From: Deferribacterales bacterium
Lineage (GTDB): Bacteria > Chrysiogenota > Deferribacteres > Deferribacterales > Geovibrionaceae
NCBI GenBank assembly: GCA_050253335.1
Contig: JBFWJG010000018.1
Coordinates: 1-40,080, forward strand
Length of the DNA stretch: 40,080 bases
Reading direction: 5' to 3'
This document shows positions 1-8,509 of the stretch, piece by piece. Numbering within the stretch: the stretch's first letter is position 1; every line of letters begins with the position of its first letter. A program made the translations under genes and the position numbers. The notes beneath the pieces were generated by a model, which had not been told where the DNA came from, made no database searches, and saw only the letters and a list, made by a program, of their open reading frames with translations.

Positions 1-37
1 AAGCCGAGGGTCGCAGGTTCGATCCCTGCACCGCCCA
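1..37 (+). tRNA. 3' half of a tRNA, probably tRNA-Val(TAC), truncated by the window edge
   Basis: T-arm GCAGG-TTCGATC-CCTGC followed by acceptor 3' strand ACCGCCC-A. The anticodon lies outside the window, so Val is inferred from sequence resemblance and the common Val-Asp pairing. Confidence 0.7.
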
Positions 38-50
38 CTCCACAAACCAT

Positions 51-124
51 GGGGGCGTAGTTCAGTTGGTTAGAACGCTGGCCTGTCACGCCAGAGGTCG
101 AGGGTTCGAGCCCCTTCGTCCCCG
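51..124 (+). tRNA. tRNA-Asp(GTC), CCA not encoded
   Basis: Acceptor GGGGGCG/CGTCCCC, anticodon arm CTGGC-CT-GTC-AC-GCCAG, T loop GGTTCGAGCC, discriminator G124. Confidence 0.96.
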
Positions 125-135
125 CTTTAAAACCT

Positions 136-172
136 AAGAAAGCCAACCACATATGTGGTTGGCTTTCTTTTT
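136..172. terminator. Intrinsic terminator, probably bidirectional
   Basis: Perfect palindrome AAGAAAGCCAACCACAT/ATGTGGTTGGCTTTCTT plus T run, between the tRNAs and the convergent toxin gene. Confidence 0.9.
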
Positions 173-229
173 GGCACGTATTTGGCAAATTTTTACTAAT
201 AACTCCCTATCAAAAAATGACAGGCAGCT

Positions 230-529
230 CTAAGGGTGGGGCGTTATGGCAATGATAGTGATTTCGTTCTTATCAGGTCCATAATGCCAAAAAATCCGGT
301 ATGCGGCCGGAGTATTGTTTTCCGCATAAGCTTCAAACACCTTGGAACCATCAGGCGCACTGATTGATGAATATTCATGAGTATTGAGAGACGGGTGCCG
401 AGGGTTGAGTTCAAGATACCCAAGCGTCTTTCTGACCGCCTTCAGCCTTTTGCTCAACCCTGCATCACTTAAAAGAATTTCATAGTCTGACTTTGCTTGC
501 TCTGTAAATTTTAAGCGGAACAACATCAA
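230..529 (-). CDS. RelE/ParE-superfamily type II toxin
   Basis: 99 aa with the RelE-like pattern 'LKFTEQAKSDY', 'NPRHPSLNTHE', 'AYRIFWHYGP..ITIIAITPHP'; overlaps the upstream gene by ATGA. Confidence 0.75.
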   Translation of the reverse strand: MMLFRLKFTEQAKSDYEILLSDAGLSKRLKAVRKTLGYLELNPRHPSLNTHEYSSISAPDGSKVFEAYAENNTPAAYRIFWHYGPDKNEITIIAITPHP

Positions 530-789
530 TCATCCTCTGAAAAGCCGGCGAAACTGCCAAGATCATGCAATCTGCCGTTTGCAGAATCATCAAGGCCTTT
601 TTTCACTTTTGAAAATGCTTCTTTATTTCGGTACAGCCATGCTTCCGCTGCCGGTATTTCTACGAAGGGTTCAAGAATAATCCTGTTCCTCTCATCTACA
701 GTCACCTTTACACTGCTGACACCATGCAGCAGACTTCCAAGAGCAATACGCCCCTTACTGTCAGGTTTAAGAGTTTTTATTGCTGCCAT
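526..789 (-). CDS. Putative antitoxin with AbrB/MazE-like N-terminal domain
   Basis: 87 aa with 'PDSKGRIALG...RIILEP' swapped-hairpin pattern, acidic C-terminus and GAGGTG RBS; translationally coupled to the toxin. Confidence 0.7.
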   Translation of the reverse strand: MAAIKTLKPDSKGRIALGSLLHGVSSVKVTVDERNRIILEPFVEIPAAEAWLYRNKEAFSKVKKGLDDSANGRLHDLGSFAGFSEDD

Positions 790-806
790 ATTTCACCTCT
801 GAACAT

Positions 807-866
807 AAAATAGTTCGGGTGGGAATATATATCAAGTGGGATTTGCTACAGATTGACTTAGTGGGA
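807..866 (-). promoter_or_regulatory. Sigma70 promoter of the TA pair with three TCCCAC repeats
   Basis: Minus strand TTGATA(835-830)-17 bp-TATTTT(812-807); GTGGGA on plus strand at 819, 836 and 861. Confidence 0.55.
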
Positions 867-979
867 TATTATTTACAAGGTGTACTGTTTATGCTCCCTG
901 ATATATTTATCTAAAACATGTATAATATCTATAACTCTTGACTCTGAAGTCTTTGTACTCTTGCCCCCCCATTTTTCCC

Positions 980-1007
980 TTGCCAAGCAGTGCGTATAAA
1001 CTAAAAT
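980..1007 (+). promoter_or_regulatory. Sigma70 promoter of ilvA
   Basis: TTGCCA(980-985)-16 bp-TAAAAT(1002-1007), 6 nt before the ATG. Confidence 0.55.
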
Positions 1008-1013
1008 ACCCGT

Positions 1014-2210
1014 ATGCTGTATGAAATAAACGAGTCCTACGGACGAATCAGAAACTATATCAAACACCTGCCCCTGTATTACTCCAACAATTTCTCCGAA
1101 ATAACAGGAGCGGACATCTACTTCAAGCTGGAAAACCTTCAGCGCACAGGCTCATTCAAGATACGGGGCGCGCTCAACTGCATCCTGAAAAATATTGATA
1201 AGTGCAGAGAAGGCGTAATAGCCGCTTCCGCCGGAAACCATGCGCAGGGCGTGGCTTTCAGCGCGAAAACCCTTGGGCTTAAAGCCGTTATAGTAATGCC
1301 TGAGTTCACCCCCATGGTTAAGGTGAACAATACCCGCGGCCACGGTGCGGAGGTTATTCTTCACGGCCGCTCGTTTGAGGATGCATACAAACATGCCGTA
1401 AGCCTTGCACAGGAAAGAAAGCTCCGGTTCATCCACCCTTTTGACGATGCGGACGTAATAGCCGGACAGGGCACGGTAGCCTACGAAATACTCAATGAAA
1501 AGAGCGATATAGACCAGATAGTCGTGCCTGTGGGCGGCGGCGGTCTGATTTCGGGAATCGCCGAATATGTCAAAAATACCCGTCCTGATATAAAAATCAT
1601 CGGTGTTCAGGCGGAGGAGGCGGCCGGAATGGTCAGCAGTCTTTCTGAAGGGCGCGTGGTGAGCCTTGCCTCATCCTTCACATTCGCAGAAGGCATAGCG
1701 GTCAAAAAGGTAGGGGATCTCACATTCCGCTGCTGTCAGAACTGTGTGGATGAGATGATAACTGTATCAGAAAACGAAATCGCCCTTGCGGTGCTGGAAT
1801 ACATAGAGAGAGCCAAGCTTGTGGTGGAGGGAGCCGGTGCTGCGCCTCTGGCGGCGCTTCTGGCGGGCAAGCTCGATGTTGCGGGGAAAAAGACAGTGCT
1901 TGTGGTCTCCGGCGGCAATATAGATGTAACCACCATTAACCGCATAATCAGCCGAGGGATGACAGCCACCGGACGCTTCATGACAGTCGCCATAATCCTT
2001 CCTGATGTTCCCGGCGCGCTCACCGCGCTCTCAGGGGAGATAAGCCGTCTTAGCGCGAACATCCACGAAATAGTCCACATCCGCAACGACCACAACATCC
2101 CTCTCAGCCGCAGCAGGGTGAATATATCACTCGAAACGCGCGGTTTTGAACACATTGAACAGATAATGGAACGCCTCGGCTCGCTGTACGAGGTTACAAG
2201 GCTGGTTTAG
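1014..2210 (+). CDS. ilvA: Threonine ammonia-lyase with C-terminal ACT domain
   Basis: PLP lysine motif 'KLENLQRTGSFKIRGA', 'ASAGNHAQG', 'VPVGGGGLISG', 'SGGNID'. Confidence 0.93.
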   Translation: MLYEINESYGRIRNYIKHLPLYYSNNFSEITGADIYFKLENLQRTGSFKIRGALNCILKNIDKCREGVIAASAGNHAQGVAFSAKTLGLKAVIVMPEFTPMVKVNNTRGHGAEVILHGRSFEDAYKHAVSLAQERKLRFIHPFDDADVIAGQGTVAYEILNEKSDIDQIVVPVGGGGLISGIAEYVKNTRPDIKIIGVQAEEAAGMVSSLSEGRVVSLASSFTFAEGIAVKKVGDLTFRCCQNCVDEMITVSENEIALAVLEYIERAKLVVEGAGAAPLAALLAGKLDVAGKKTVLVVSGGNIDVTTINRIISRGMTATGRFMTVAIILPDVPGALTALSGEISRLSANIHEIVHIRNDHNIPLSRSRVNISLETRGFEHIEQIMERLGSLYEVTRLV

Positions 2211-2387
2211 AAAAAAGCCGGATCAAACGAACCGGCTTAAATATTTCTAAGCAGTCAGATCCTTTATTTCCGCATCGGGAGCATTGTTTCCTGCCTTCAG
2301 TATCCTTCCCTAAATAATATATCCCTATCCCCCTTCCTTTTCCTTTGTTCATCATATAAACTGAATGCAAAACTCACTTGGTGAAAT

Positions 2388-3230
2388 ATGGCGAAAAAGA
2401 CAGTTACAATGGCGATAGCCTATGACTTTGACGGAACTCTCGCTCCGGGGAATATGCAGGAGTATGACTTTGTTCCGAAGGTGGGCATGACCACGGCTGA
2501 TTTCTGGAAGGAAACCTCCGCGGAAACCGAAAAACACAACGCAGACAGAATACTCATATACATGAAACAGATGCTGGACAAGGCGCAGGCGGCGCGGGTT
2601 TCAGTCCGAAGGGAGGACTTTGTGACCTACGGCAGATCTGTCCGCCTTTTTGCAGGGGTAACAGACTGGTTCCGGCGGATAAACGATTACGGCAAATCAA
2701 GGAACATCACTGTTGAGCATTACATAATCTCCTCCGGCATAAAGGAGATGATTGAGGGAACACCCATAGCGGGTGAATTTAAGGCGATATATGCCTCCTC
2801 CTTTGTTTACGACCATAACGGAGTCGCCGTCTGGCCTGCGCTGGCGGTGAACTACACCACGAAAACCCAGTTCCTCTTCCGCATAAACAAAGGCGTTCTG
2901 AACGTTTATGATGATCATAAGGTCAATGAATATCTCCCGCAGGATGAACGCCCTGTCCCCTTTGAAAACATGATCTTTGTGGGTGACGGCGAGACCGATA
3001 TCCCCTGCTTCCGCCTCGTTAAGGAGCAGAACGGACATTCCATAGCCGTCTTCCCTCCCAAGAAAAAGGGTGCCAAAACCAAAACGGACAAGCTTATAGC
3101 GGAAGGCAGGGTTAACTTTGCCTGCGCGGCGGACTACTCCGAAGGCTCAGCCATTGAAGGAGCGGTCAAAGCTGTGATTGATAAAATAGCCGCCGATTCC
3201 GCCCTGAAGTCGCTGGGAAAAATACCGTGA
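2388..3230 (+). CDS. HAD-superfamily hydrolase
   Basis: Motif I 'YDFDGTL', motif II 'IISSG', motif IV 'FVGDGETD'. Confidence 0.9.
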   Translation: MAKKTVTMAIAYDFDGTLAPGNMQEYDFVPKVGMTTADFWKETSAETEKHNADRILIYMKQMLDKAQAARVSVRREDFVTYGRSVRLFAGVTDWFRRINDYGKSRNITVEHYIISSGIKEMIEGTPIAGEFKAIYASSFVYDHNGVAVWPALAVNYTTKTQFLFRINKGVLNVYDDHKVNEYLPQDERPVPFENMIFVGDGETDIPCFRLVKEQNGHSIAVFPPKKKGAKTKTDKLIAEGRVNFACAADYSEGSAIEGAVKAVIDKIAADSALKSLGKIP

Positions 3231-3273
3231 AAAGCATATACCTTAGTGATAGACTTTATCATGGAGATTTATC

Positions 3274-3993
3274 ATGAACGGAAAAATTAATTCAGGCGCT
3301 TTAATCCTCGGCATATTCATTATGCTCGGGCTCGGCATACTCGGCTGGCAGCTTGCCGCAGCCGCGATAAAATACAAATCGTTCGAAAGAACAGTCAATG
3401 TAAAAGGACTCTCCGAAAGGGAATACCCTGCTGACATAGTTATATGGCCTGTGCAGTTCAGCATGGCAGACAACAGCATACCCGCCCTTTATGCGGGTCT
3501 TGAAAAAAATGTGGATATGATACGCAGTTTCCTCATCTCAAACGGGCTTGAGGAAAGCGAAATCAGCGTCTCTGTGCCGACAATAAATGACGCATACGCA
3601 AACCTCTACGGCGGAGGAGACAGACCGGAATTCCGCTATGCTTCCCGTCAGGCGGTCACTGTTTATTCATCAAAGGTGGACAAAGTGCGCGAAATTATGA
3701 CCAAGACATCGGAACTCGGCAAAGAGGGGCTGGTTCTCACCGGAAATAACTATGATTCGCAGGTAGAATACATATTCACCCGCCTCAACGAAGTCAAACC
3801 GCAGATGATAGAGGAAGCCACCAAGGCCGCCCGTGAAGTCGCCCAGAAATTCGCCGAGGATTCCGGCAGCAGACTGGGCAAAATAAAAAGTGCTTCGCAG
3901 GGGCAGTTCAGCATAAGCGCACGAGACAACAACAACCCGCATATAAAAAGCGTCCGTGTCGTCTCCACAGTGGAGTACTACCTCTCGGACTAA
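3274..3993 (+). CDS. SIMPL (DUF541) domain protein
   Basis: N-terminal TM helix, 'RTVNVKGLSERE.PAD', 'AEDSGSRLGKIKSASQGQFSI', C-terminal 'VRVVSTVEYYL'. Confidence 0.88.
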   Translation: MNGKINSGALILGIFIMLGLGILGWQLAAAAIKYKSFERTVNVKGLSEREYPADIVIWPVQFSMADNSIPALYAGLEKNVDMIRSFLISNGLEESEISVSVPTINDAYANLYGGGDRPEFRYASRQAVTVYSSKVDKVREIMTKTSELGKEGLVLTGNNYDSQVEYIFTRLNEVKPQMIEEATKAAREVAQKFAEDSGSRLGKIKSASQGQFSISARDNNNPHIKSVRVVSTVEYYLSD

Positions 3994-4880
3994 TCCATAT
4001 ACCCCTGGGCAAGCCTCAGGGCGGCATAAAATGATACAGGAACCAGAGGCCCGTGGGAAAGCTGCGGGTACTCCCTGTACTGCACAGAAATACCCTTTAA
4101 CGACGCAAAGCGGTAAGCCGTTGTCTTTGCAGCATCCGCAGGAACAGAACTCACTGCCCTGACCCTCGCCTCGTATGCCTCGCGCTTTTCCTTGTCAAAC
4201 TGCCTTGCTTTACTTTCCTGCCCGCTCTTCATTATAAGGAGCGAAGCACCCGCAAACTCATGCCCGGATGAGGCAAAGGCCGCAGAAGCCTCAAACATTG
4301 CTCCGCCGTTCCACCAGAGGGAAGGATCTGCCGATGCGTATGACTGAAAGCTGTCCGGAGATGAACTAAGGACATAAAGCACGAATAATCCTCCGTATGA
4401 ATGACCCCAGAGCGTCTGTCCGGATTTGTTCAGAGGTGCAAGCTTCTCCGCGGCGGGCTTGACCATGTTTTCTATGAATTGCAGAAATTGTTCCGCGCCT
4501 CCGTTTGCTCTTTTAGGATTCAGTGCATCAGGAAAAGGTTTGCCGTCTTCCGCGGGCGGGGTGTAGTCGTATGCTCTGGAATCCACCTCGAAACGCTCCT
4601 CGGTTTCATAACCGATAAAGACCGTCACAGGCGCACCCTCTTTCATGAGCCTCTTCTGAATATCAGTACTGAAATCCGCATAAGCGGCGTTGCCGTCAAG
4701 GGCATACAGAACAGGATAGCCTCCGTCAGGCGCAGGGGAAGAAGGAATACCCACTGTTACGCGGTAATTTCTTTCTCCGTCCGCGGAGGAGAATTTAAGA
4801 GTCTCAAAGCTGTAGGGATCAGGTTCCGCAAAAGCGGAAAAAGCAAACAGAAAGAGAGCCGGAAAAGCATATCTGAACAT
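3990..4880 (-). CDS. Exported alpha/beta hydrolase (IroE/BesA-like esterase)
   Basis: Signal peptide, 'YPVLYALDGN', 'RAYDYTP', nucleophile elbow 'GHSYGG', 'PSLWW'. Confidence 0.85.
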   Translation of the reverse strand: MFRYAFPALFLFAFSAFAEPDPYSFETLKFSSADGERNYRVTVGIPSSPAPDGGYPVLYALDGNAAYADFSTDIQKRLMKEGAPVTVFIGYETEERFEVDSRAYDYTPPAEDGKPFPDALNPKRANGGAEQFLQFIENMVKPAAEKLAPLNKSGQTLWGHSYGGLFVLYVLSSSPDSFQSYASADPSLWWNGGAMFEASAAFASSGHEFAGASLLIMKSGQESKARQFDKEKREAYEARVRAVSSVPADAAKTTAYRFASLKGISVQYREYPQLSHGPLVPVSFYAALRLAQGYMD

Positions 4881-5050
4881 GGAAAACCTCTTAAAAGATC
4901 CTCTGATATGCCATCAGGGCGGGATTCAGGAAAAAGTTTTATCTATTATACTTAATCGGACATATTAAACAATTTCAAAAATTACCTCTTTTCTTTTAAT
5001 TGACTTTAATAGTCTTTTTGTGAATTATTAGTTGTTCGGAGGCTGAAGAG

Positions 5051-5638
5051 ATGATTAAACTCACTGCTCTTTTTTTCATTTTATTGTCATTAATTATAGT
5101 CATCACCGAAATATCCAGGGTTTTTAATAGCCGGAAACAGGAGCAAAACGCAGAACAGCCTGAGACAGGAGAAGCAGTTTCTGCTGTTAATATCAAACTC
5201 AACCCTCAGCTATACAAAGTTTTTGAGAATATATCCGTTCCTGCGGATTCAAAAAACTGTTTGCTTCACTATGTAGTTGCATCTGTTTACGGAATATTCG
5301 TAATAGACATAAAGAACTGTGACGGATGGATCTTCGGCAATGAGTCATCCAGCCGGTGGACATTGGTCTGCGAAGGCAGAAGAACCAGATTCCAGAACCC
5401 TCTCACCGAAAACGCATGGAAGCTGAAAGCACTCAGCAGTTATCTGAATCTGCCGGAAGACAAGTTCAGCCTCATTATTTTGTTCACAGGCGAAGCTGTT
5501 TTCAAATCAAACATGCCCCATAACGTACTGCGGAAGAATCTGCATATTTATATCAACGCCCAGACAAAAAGAATCATTGCTCCGGCAGAACTCGAAACAG
5601 TTCTGATGTCTCTTAATAAGCGGAATATGTTTACATAA
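5051..5638 (+). CDS. Membrane-anchored NERD (nuclease-related) domain protein
   Basis: N-terminal TM helix; 'YGIFVIDIKNCDGWIFG...W...FQNPL' matches the NERD pattern. Confidence 0.8.
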   Translation: MIKLTALFFILLSLIIVITEISRVFNSRKQEQNAEQPETGEAVSAVNIKLNPQLYKVFENISVPADSKNCLLHYVVASVYGIFVIDIKNCDGWIFGNESSSRWTLVCEGRRTRFQNPLTENAWKLKALSSYLNLPEDKFSLIILFTGEAVFKSNMPHNVLRKNLHIYINAQTKRIIAPAELETVLMSLNKRNMFT

Positions 5639-5687
5639 ACAGGCATTCGGGTTATTATTTTTGGCTTAAAAAATAATAAAAACGGGG

Positions 5688-7295
5688 ATGTCCTCAGTGA
5701 GTACAAACATAAAGAACGAAATATCCAGAAGACGCACATTCGCCATCATATCCCACCCTGACGCCGGTAAGACAACCCTAACCGAAAAGCTTCTGCTTTA
5801 CGGCGGCGCGCTTGATCTCGCCGGTTCGGTTACGGCGAAGAAGAAACAGCGGGAAACATCGTCCGACTGGATGGAGCTTGAGAAAAAGCGCGGAATATCC
5901 ATTTCATCCACAGTTCTTCAGTTTGAGTACAGCGGCTACCAGTTCAACCTTCTGGACACCCCCGGCCACAAAGACTTCTCGGAAGACACATACCGCGTTC
6001 TTCTGGCGGTTGACGCCGCCATAATGGTTATAGACGCAGGGAAGGGTATAGAGAACCAGACCCTCAAGCTTTTTGAAGTATGCAGAAAACGAGGCGTGCC
6101 TATCTTCACCTTCATGAACAAGCTGGACAGACCGGCGAAATCCCCCCTTGAGCTTATTGATCAGGTTGAGAAAGAACTTAATATACAGACATTTCCCGTC
6201 AACTGGCCTCTGGAGAGCGGCCCTTTCTTCAAAGGGGTTTATGACCGTGTAAAAAAGCAGGTTCACCTTTTTGAAAAGGTTCCCGGAGGAGCTTACAAGG
6301 CTCCTGTTTCCGTGCATGACTTCTCGGATGAGAGCGTGAAGGAGAAACTCAGCGAAAAGGCATATGACGAGATAGCCGAAGAGCTTGAGATGCTTGAGTT
6401 TGCCCACAACGGCCTTGATATGGACGAGGTTCTCTCCGGCAAAACCACACCCGTTTTCTTCGGAAGTGCAGCCAACAACTTCGGTGTGGAGCTTCTTCTG
6501 AAAGGATTCCTTGAATATTCCGGCGAGCCTGTGCCAAGAAATGCCAACGGCGCTCCTGTTCCGCTGGACAAGCCGGGCTTCACAGGCTTTGTCTTCAAGA
6601 TTCAGACCAACATGAACCCCAAGCACCGTGACAGGATAGTGTTCATACGCGCCTGCTCCGGTAAATTTACGAGGGACATGACCGCCTACAACACCCGCAC
6701 GGGGCGTGAGGTGCGCCTCTCCAACTCGCAGAGCGTTTTCGGTCAGGAGAGAGAGATTAAGGAAGAGGCCTACGCGGGGGACATCATTGGCTTTATCACG
6801 AATGCCGACCTCCGAATCGGCGATACCCTCACCACAGACCCGAAGATTGTCTATAACGAGATACCCCGTTTCGCCCCCGAAGTATTCGCCTACATGGAGA
6901 GCAGCACCGTCTCAAACTACAAGGCTTTCAGAAAAGGCATAGACCACCTTCTGGCGGAAGACCTTGTTCAGTCCTTCGAGCTTGCGGGCTCCACAAGCGC
7001 AACGCCGCTTCTTGGCGCTGTAGGGCCTCTTCAGTTTGAGGTTCTCCAGTACAGAATGAAGGATGAATACGGAGTGGATGCGGTGCTGGTTTCAAAACCG
7101 TGGACGGTTCTGCGCTGGGTTGATCCTTCAGTCTCCGTTGATGAACTTAAAAAAGCTGTGCCTTACGACTGCGCATACGGAAAGGACGACAAGGACAGGC
7201 TTGTGATCCTCTTCCCCAACGGATGGACAATGCGTTATTTCATGGAAAAGAATAAGGAAATAGTGCTCCACGAATCACCCGCCGCAGAGGATTAG
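5688..7295 (+). CDS. prfC: Peptide chain release factor 3
   Basis: 'RRTFAIISHPDAGKTTLTEKLLLYGG', 'LLDTPGHKDFSEDTYR', 'GAVGPLQFEV'. Confidence 0.97.
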   Translation: MSSVSTNIKNEISRRRTFAIISHPDAGKTTLTEKLLLYGGALDLAGSVTAKKKQRETSSDWMELEKKRGISISSTVLQFEYSGYQFNLLDTPGHKDFSEDTYRVLLAVDAAIMVIDAGKGIENQTLKLFEVCRKRGVPIFTFMNKLDRPAKSPLELIDQVEKELNIQTFPVNWPLESGPFFKGVYDRVKKQVHLFEKVPGGAYKAPVSVHDFSDESVKEKLSEKAYDEIAEELEMLEFAHNGLDMDEVLSGKTTPVFFGSAANNFGVELLLKGFLEYSGEPVPRNANGAPVPLDKPGFTGFVFKIQTNMNPKHRDRIVFIRACSGKFTRDMTAYNTRTGREVRLSNSQSVFGQEREIKEEAYAGDIIGFITNADLRIGDTLTTDPKIVYNEIPRFAPEVFAYMESSTVSNYKAFRKGIDHLLAEDLVQSFELAGSTSATPLLGAVGPLQFEVLQYRMKDEYGVDAVLVSKPWTVLRWVDPSVSVDELKKAVPYDCAYGKDDKDRLVILFPNGWTMRYFMEKNKEIVLHESPAAED

Positions 7296-7325
7296 CCATT
7301 TACTGAAAAGGCATTGCCGGAGAAT

Positions 7326-7353
7326 GAGACTGCTTCACTTCGTTCGCAGTGAC
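7326..7353. repeat. Single REP-like palindromic element
   Basis: GAGACTGCTTCACTTCGTTCGCAGTGAC with ACTGC/GCAGT arms. It resembles, from recall, the GAGATTGCTTCG...CGCAATGAC extragenic repeat type. Only one copy in this window. Confidence 0.5.
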
Positions 7354-7393
7354 AGCAATCATCAAAGCAGAGTGCGCATCGGCTACGGCTTTA

Positions 7394-8314
7394 TCAGGCG
7401 GTTTTCATCTCTCTGAATATGTGCTTGAGTTCTTTGTCGGTCTTTATTTTACCGAGCAGGGGCATATCCATGCAGTACCAGAGTATATGGCGGTAGAGCT
7501 CCAAAAGCCCTTTATCCATGTGTTCATGAGTGCGGAATTCGGACAAGAGGCTCATGCCGCTGTTAAGAAAAGTTCCGCTTATCCCCGCTTTTCGCATCCC
7601 TTCGTCCTTGAGGGTGTTCCGCCTGCGCAGAAGAGTGTATTTAAAGTCCTCGGAATGCTTTCTGCCGTAGTAGCCGTTGCCGCCGTGCAGACGGTACAGT
7701 GTGAGCTTCTTATCAATATACAGAGATTTGGCGAGAAAAGCCGCCTGAAGAACTATGGTGTCGTCCGCCTGAATGCGCCAGTCAGCCTCATTCACAGGGA
7801 AGATTTTTTCCGCCAGTTCCCTCGACACGGAAAGTGTGGATGTGACATTACCCGGGTATTCAGACAGATAAAAAACCGGAAAAATGTTCCAACCGCAGTA
7901 GGGATACCGCTTGAGGCCGTCTTCCACGAGTCTGCCCTGTGCATCCGCTGCCTGATGATCGGTGTATATATATTCCGCGCCTTCCCTGTGAGCTTTTGCT
8001 GTTTCCTCAAGTTTACCGGGCGTGTACATGTCATCGCTGTCCAGAAAACACAGCACTTCGCCGCGAGAGGCGTTCACGCCTGCGTTAAATGCTGATGCCT
8101 GACCGCCGTTCTCCTTGAACACCAGCGATATGCGGGAATCCTCCGCCGCCAGCCTTTCCGAAATAACACGGGAATCATCCTCCGAACCGTCATCGACAAT
8201 GATAAGTTCAAAGTCTCTGAATGTCTGCTCCAGAACGGAGCGCACAGCATCCTCAAGATACCTGCCGTAGTTGTAGTTGTTCAGAATTACTGAAATAAAG
8301 GGTACAGTGCTCAT
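7394..8314 (-). CDS. Glycosyltransferase family 2
   Basis: 'SVILNNYNYGRYL', 'IIVDDGSED', DxD motif 'FLDSDD'. Confidence 0.92.
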   Translation of the reverse strand: MSTVPFISVILNNYNYGRYLEDAVRSVLEQTFRDFELIIVDDGSEDDSRVISERLAAEDSRISLVFKENGGQASAFNAGVNASRGEVLCFLDSDDMYTPGKLEETAKAHREGAEYIYTDHQAADAQGRLVEDGLKRYPYCGWNIFPVFYLSEYPGNVTSTLSVSRELAEKIFPVNEADWRIQADDTIVLQAAFLAKSLYIDKKLTLYRLHGGNGYYGRKHSEDFKYTLLRRRNTLKDEGMRKAGISGTFLNSGMSLLSEFRTHEHMDKGLLELYRHILWYCMDMPLLGKIKTDKELKHIFREMKTA

Positions 8315-8509
8315 TATATATCCTTAAACAAATCATTCAGAGAAATTTTCCGGAACGAATCCGGCTTAGTCTTTGCTGACATTGAAAACTCTGAACTTAT
8401 CGTTTGTTATATTCTCTCTCGCATGATTAAAAAATGTCTTTTGTTTTCGAAATCGGGATAATTCCATTTCTCCACTGAGCGGCCAGTTTTTCCAATCTGC
8501 TCCTCCTTA

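Noticed and set aside
873..1067. 64-aa minus-strand ORF upstream of the antitoxin
   Set aside because: Overlaps the ilvA start and promoter, and has no recognisable motif.
7598..7607. CCCTTCGTCC matching the tRNA-Asp 3' end as a possible attR
   Set aside because: Only 10 bp, inside an intact CDS, and the interval includes core genes (ilvA, prfC).
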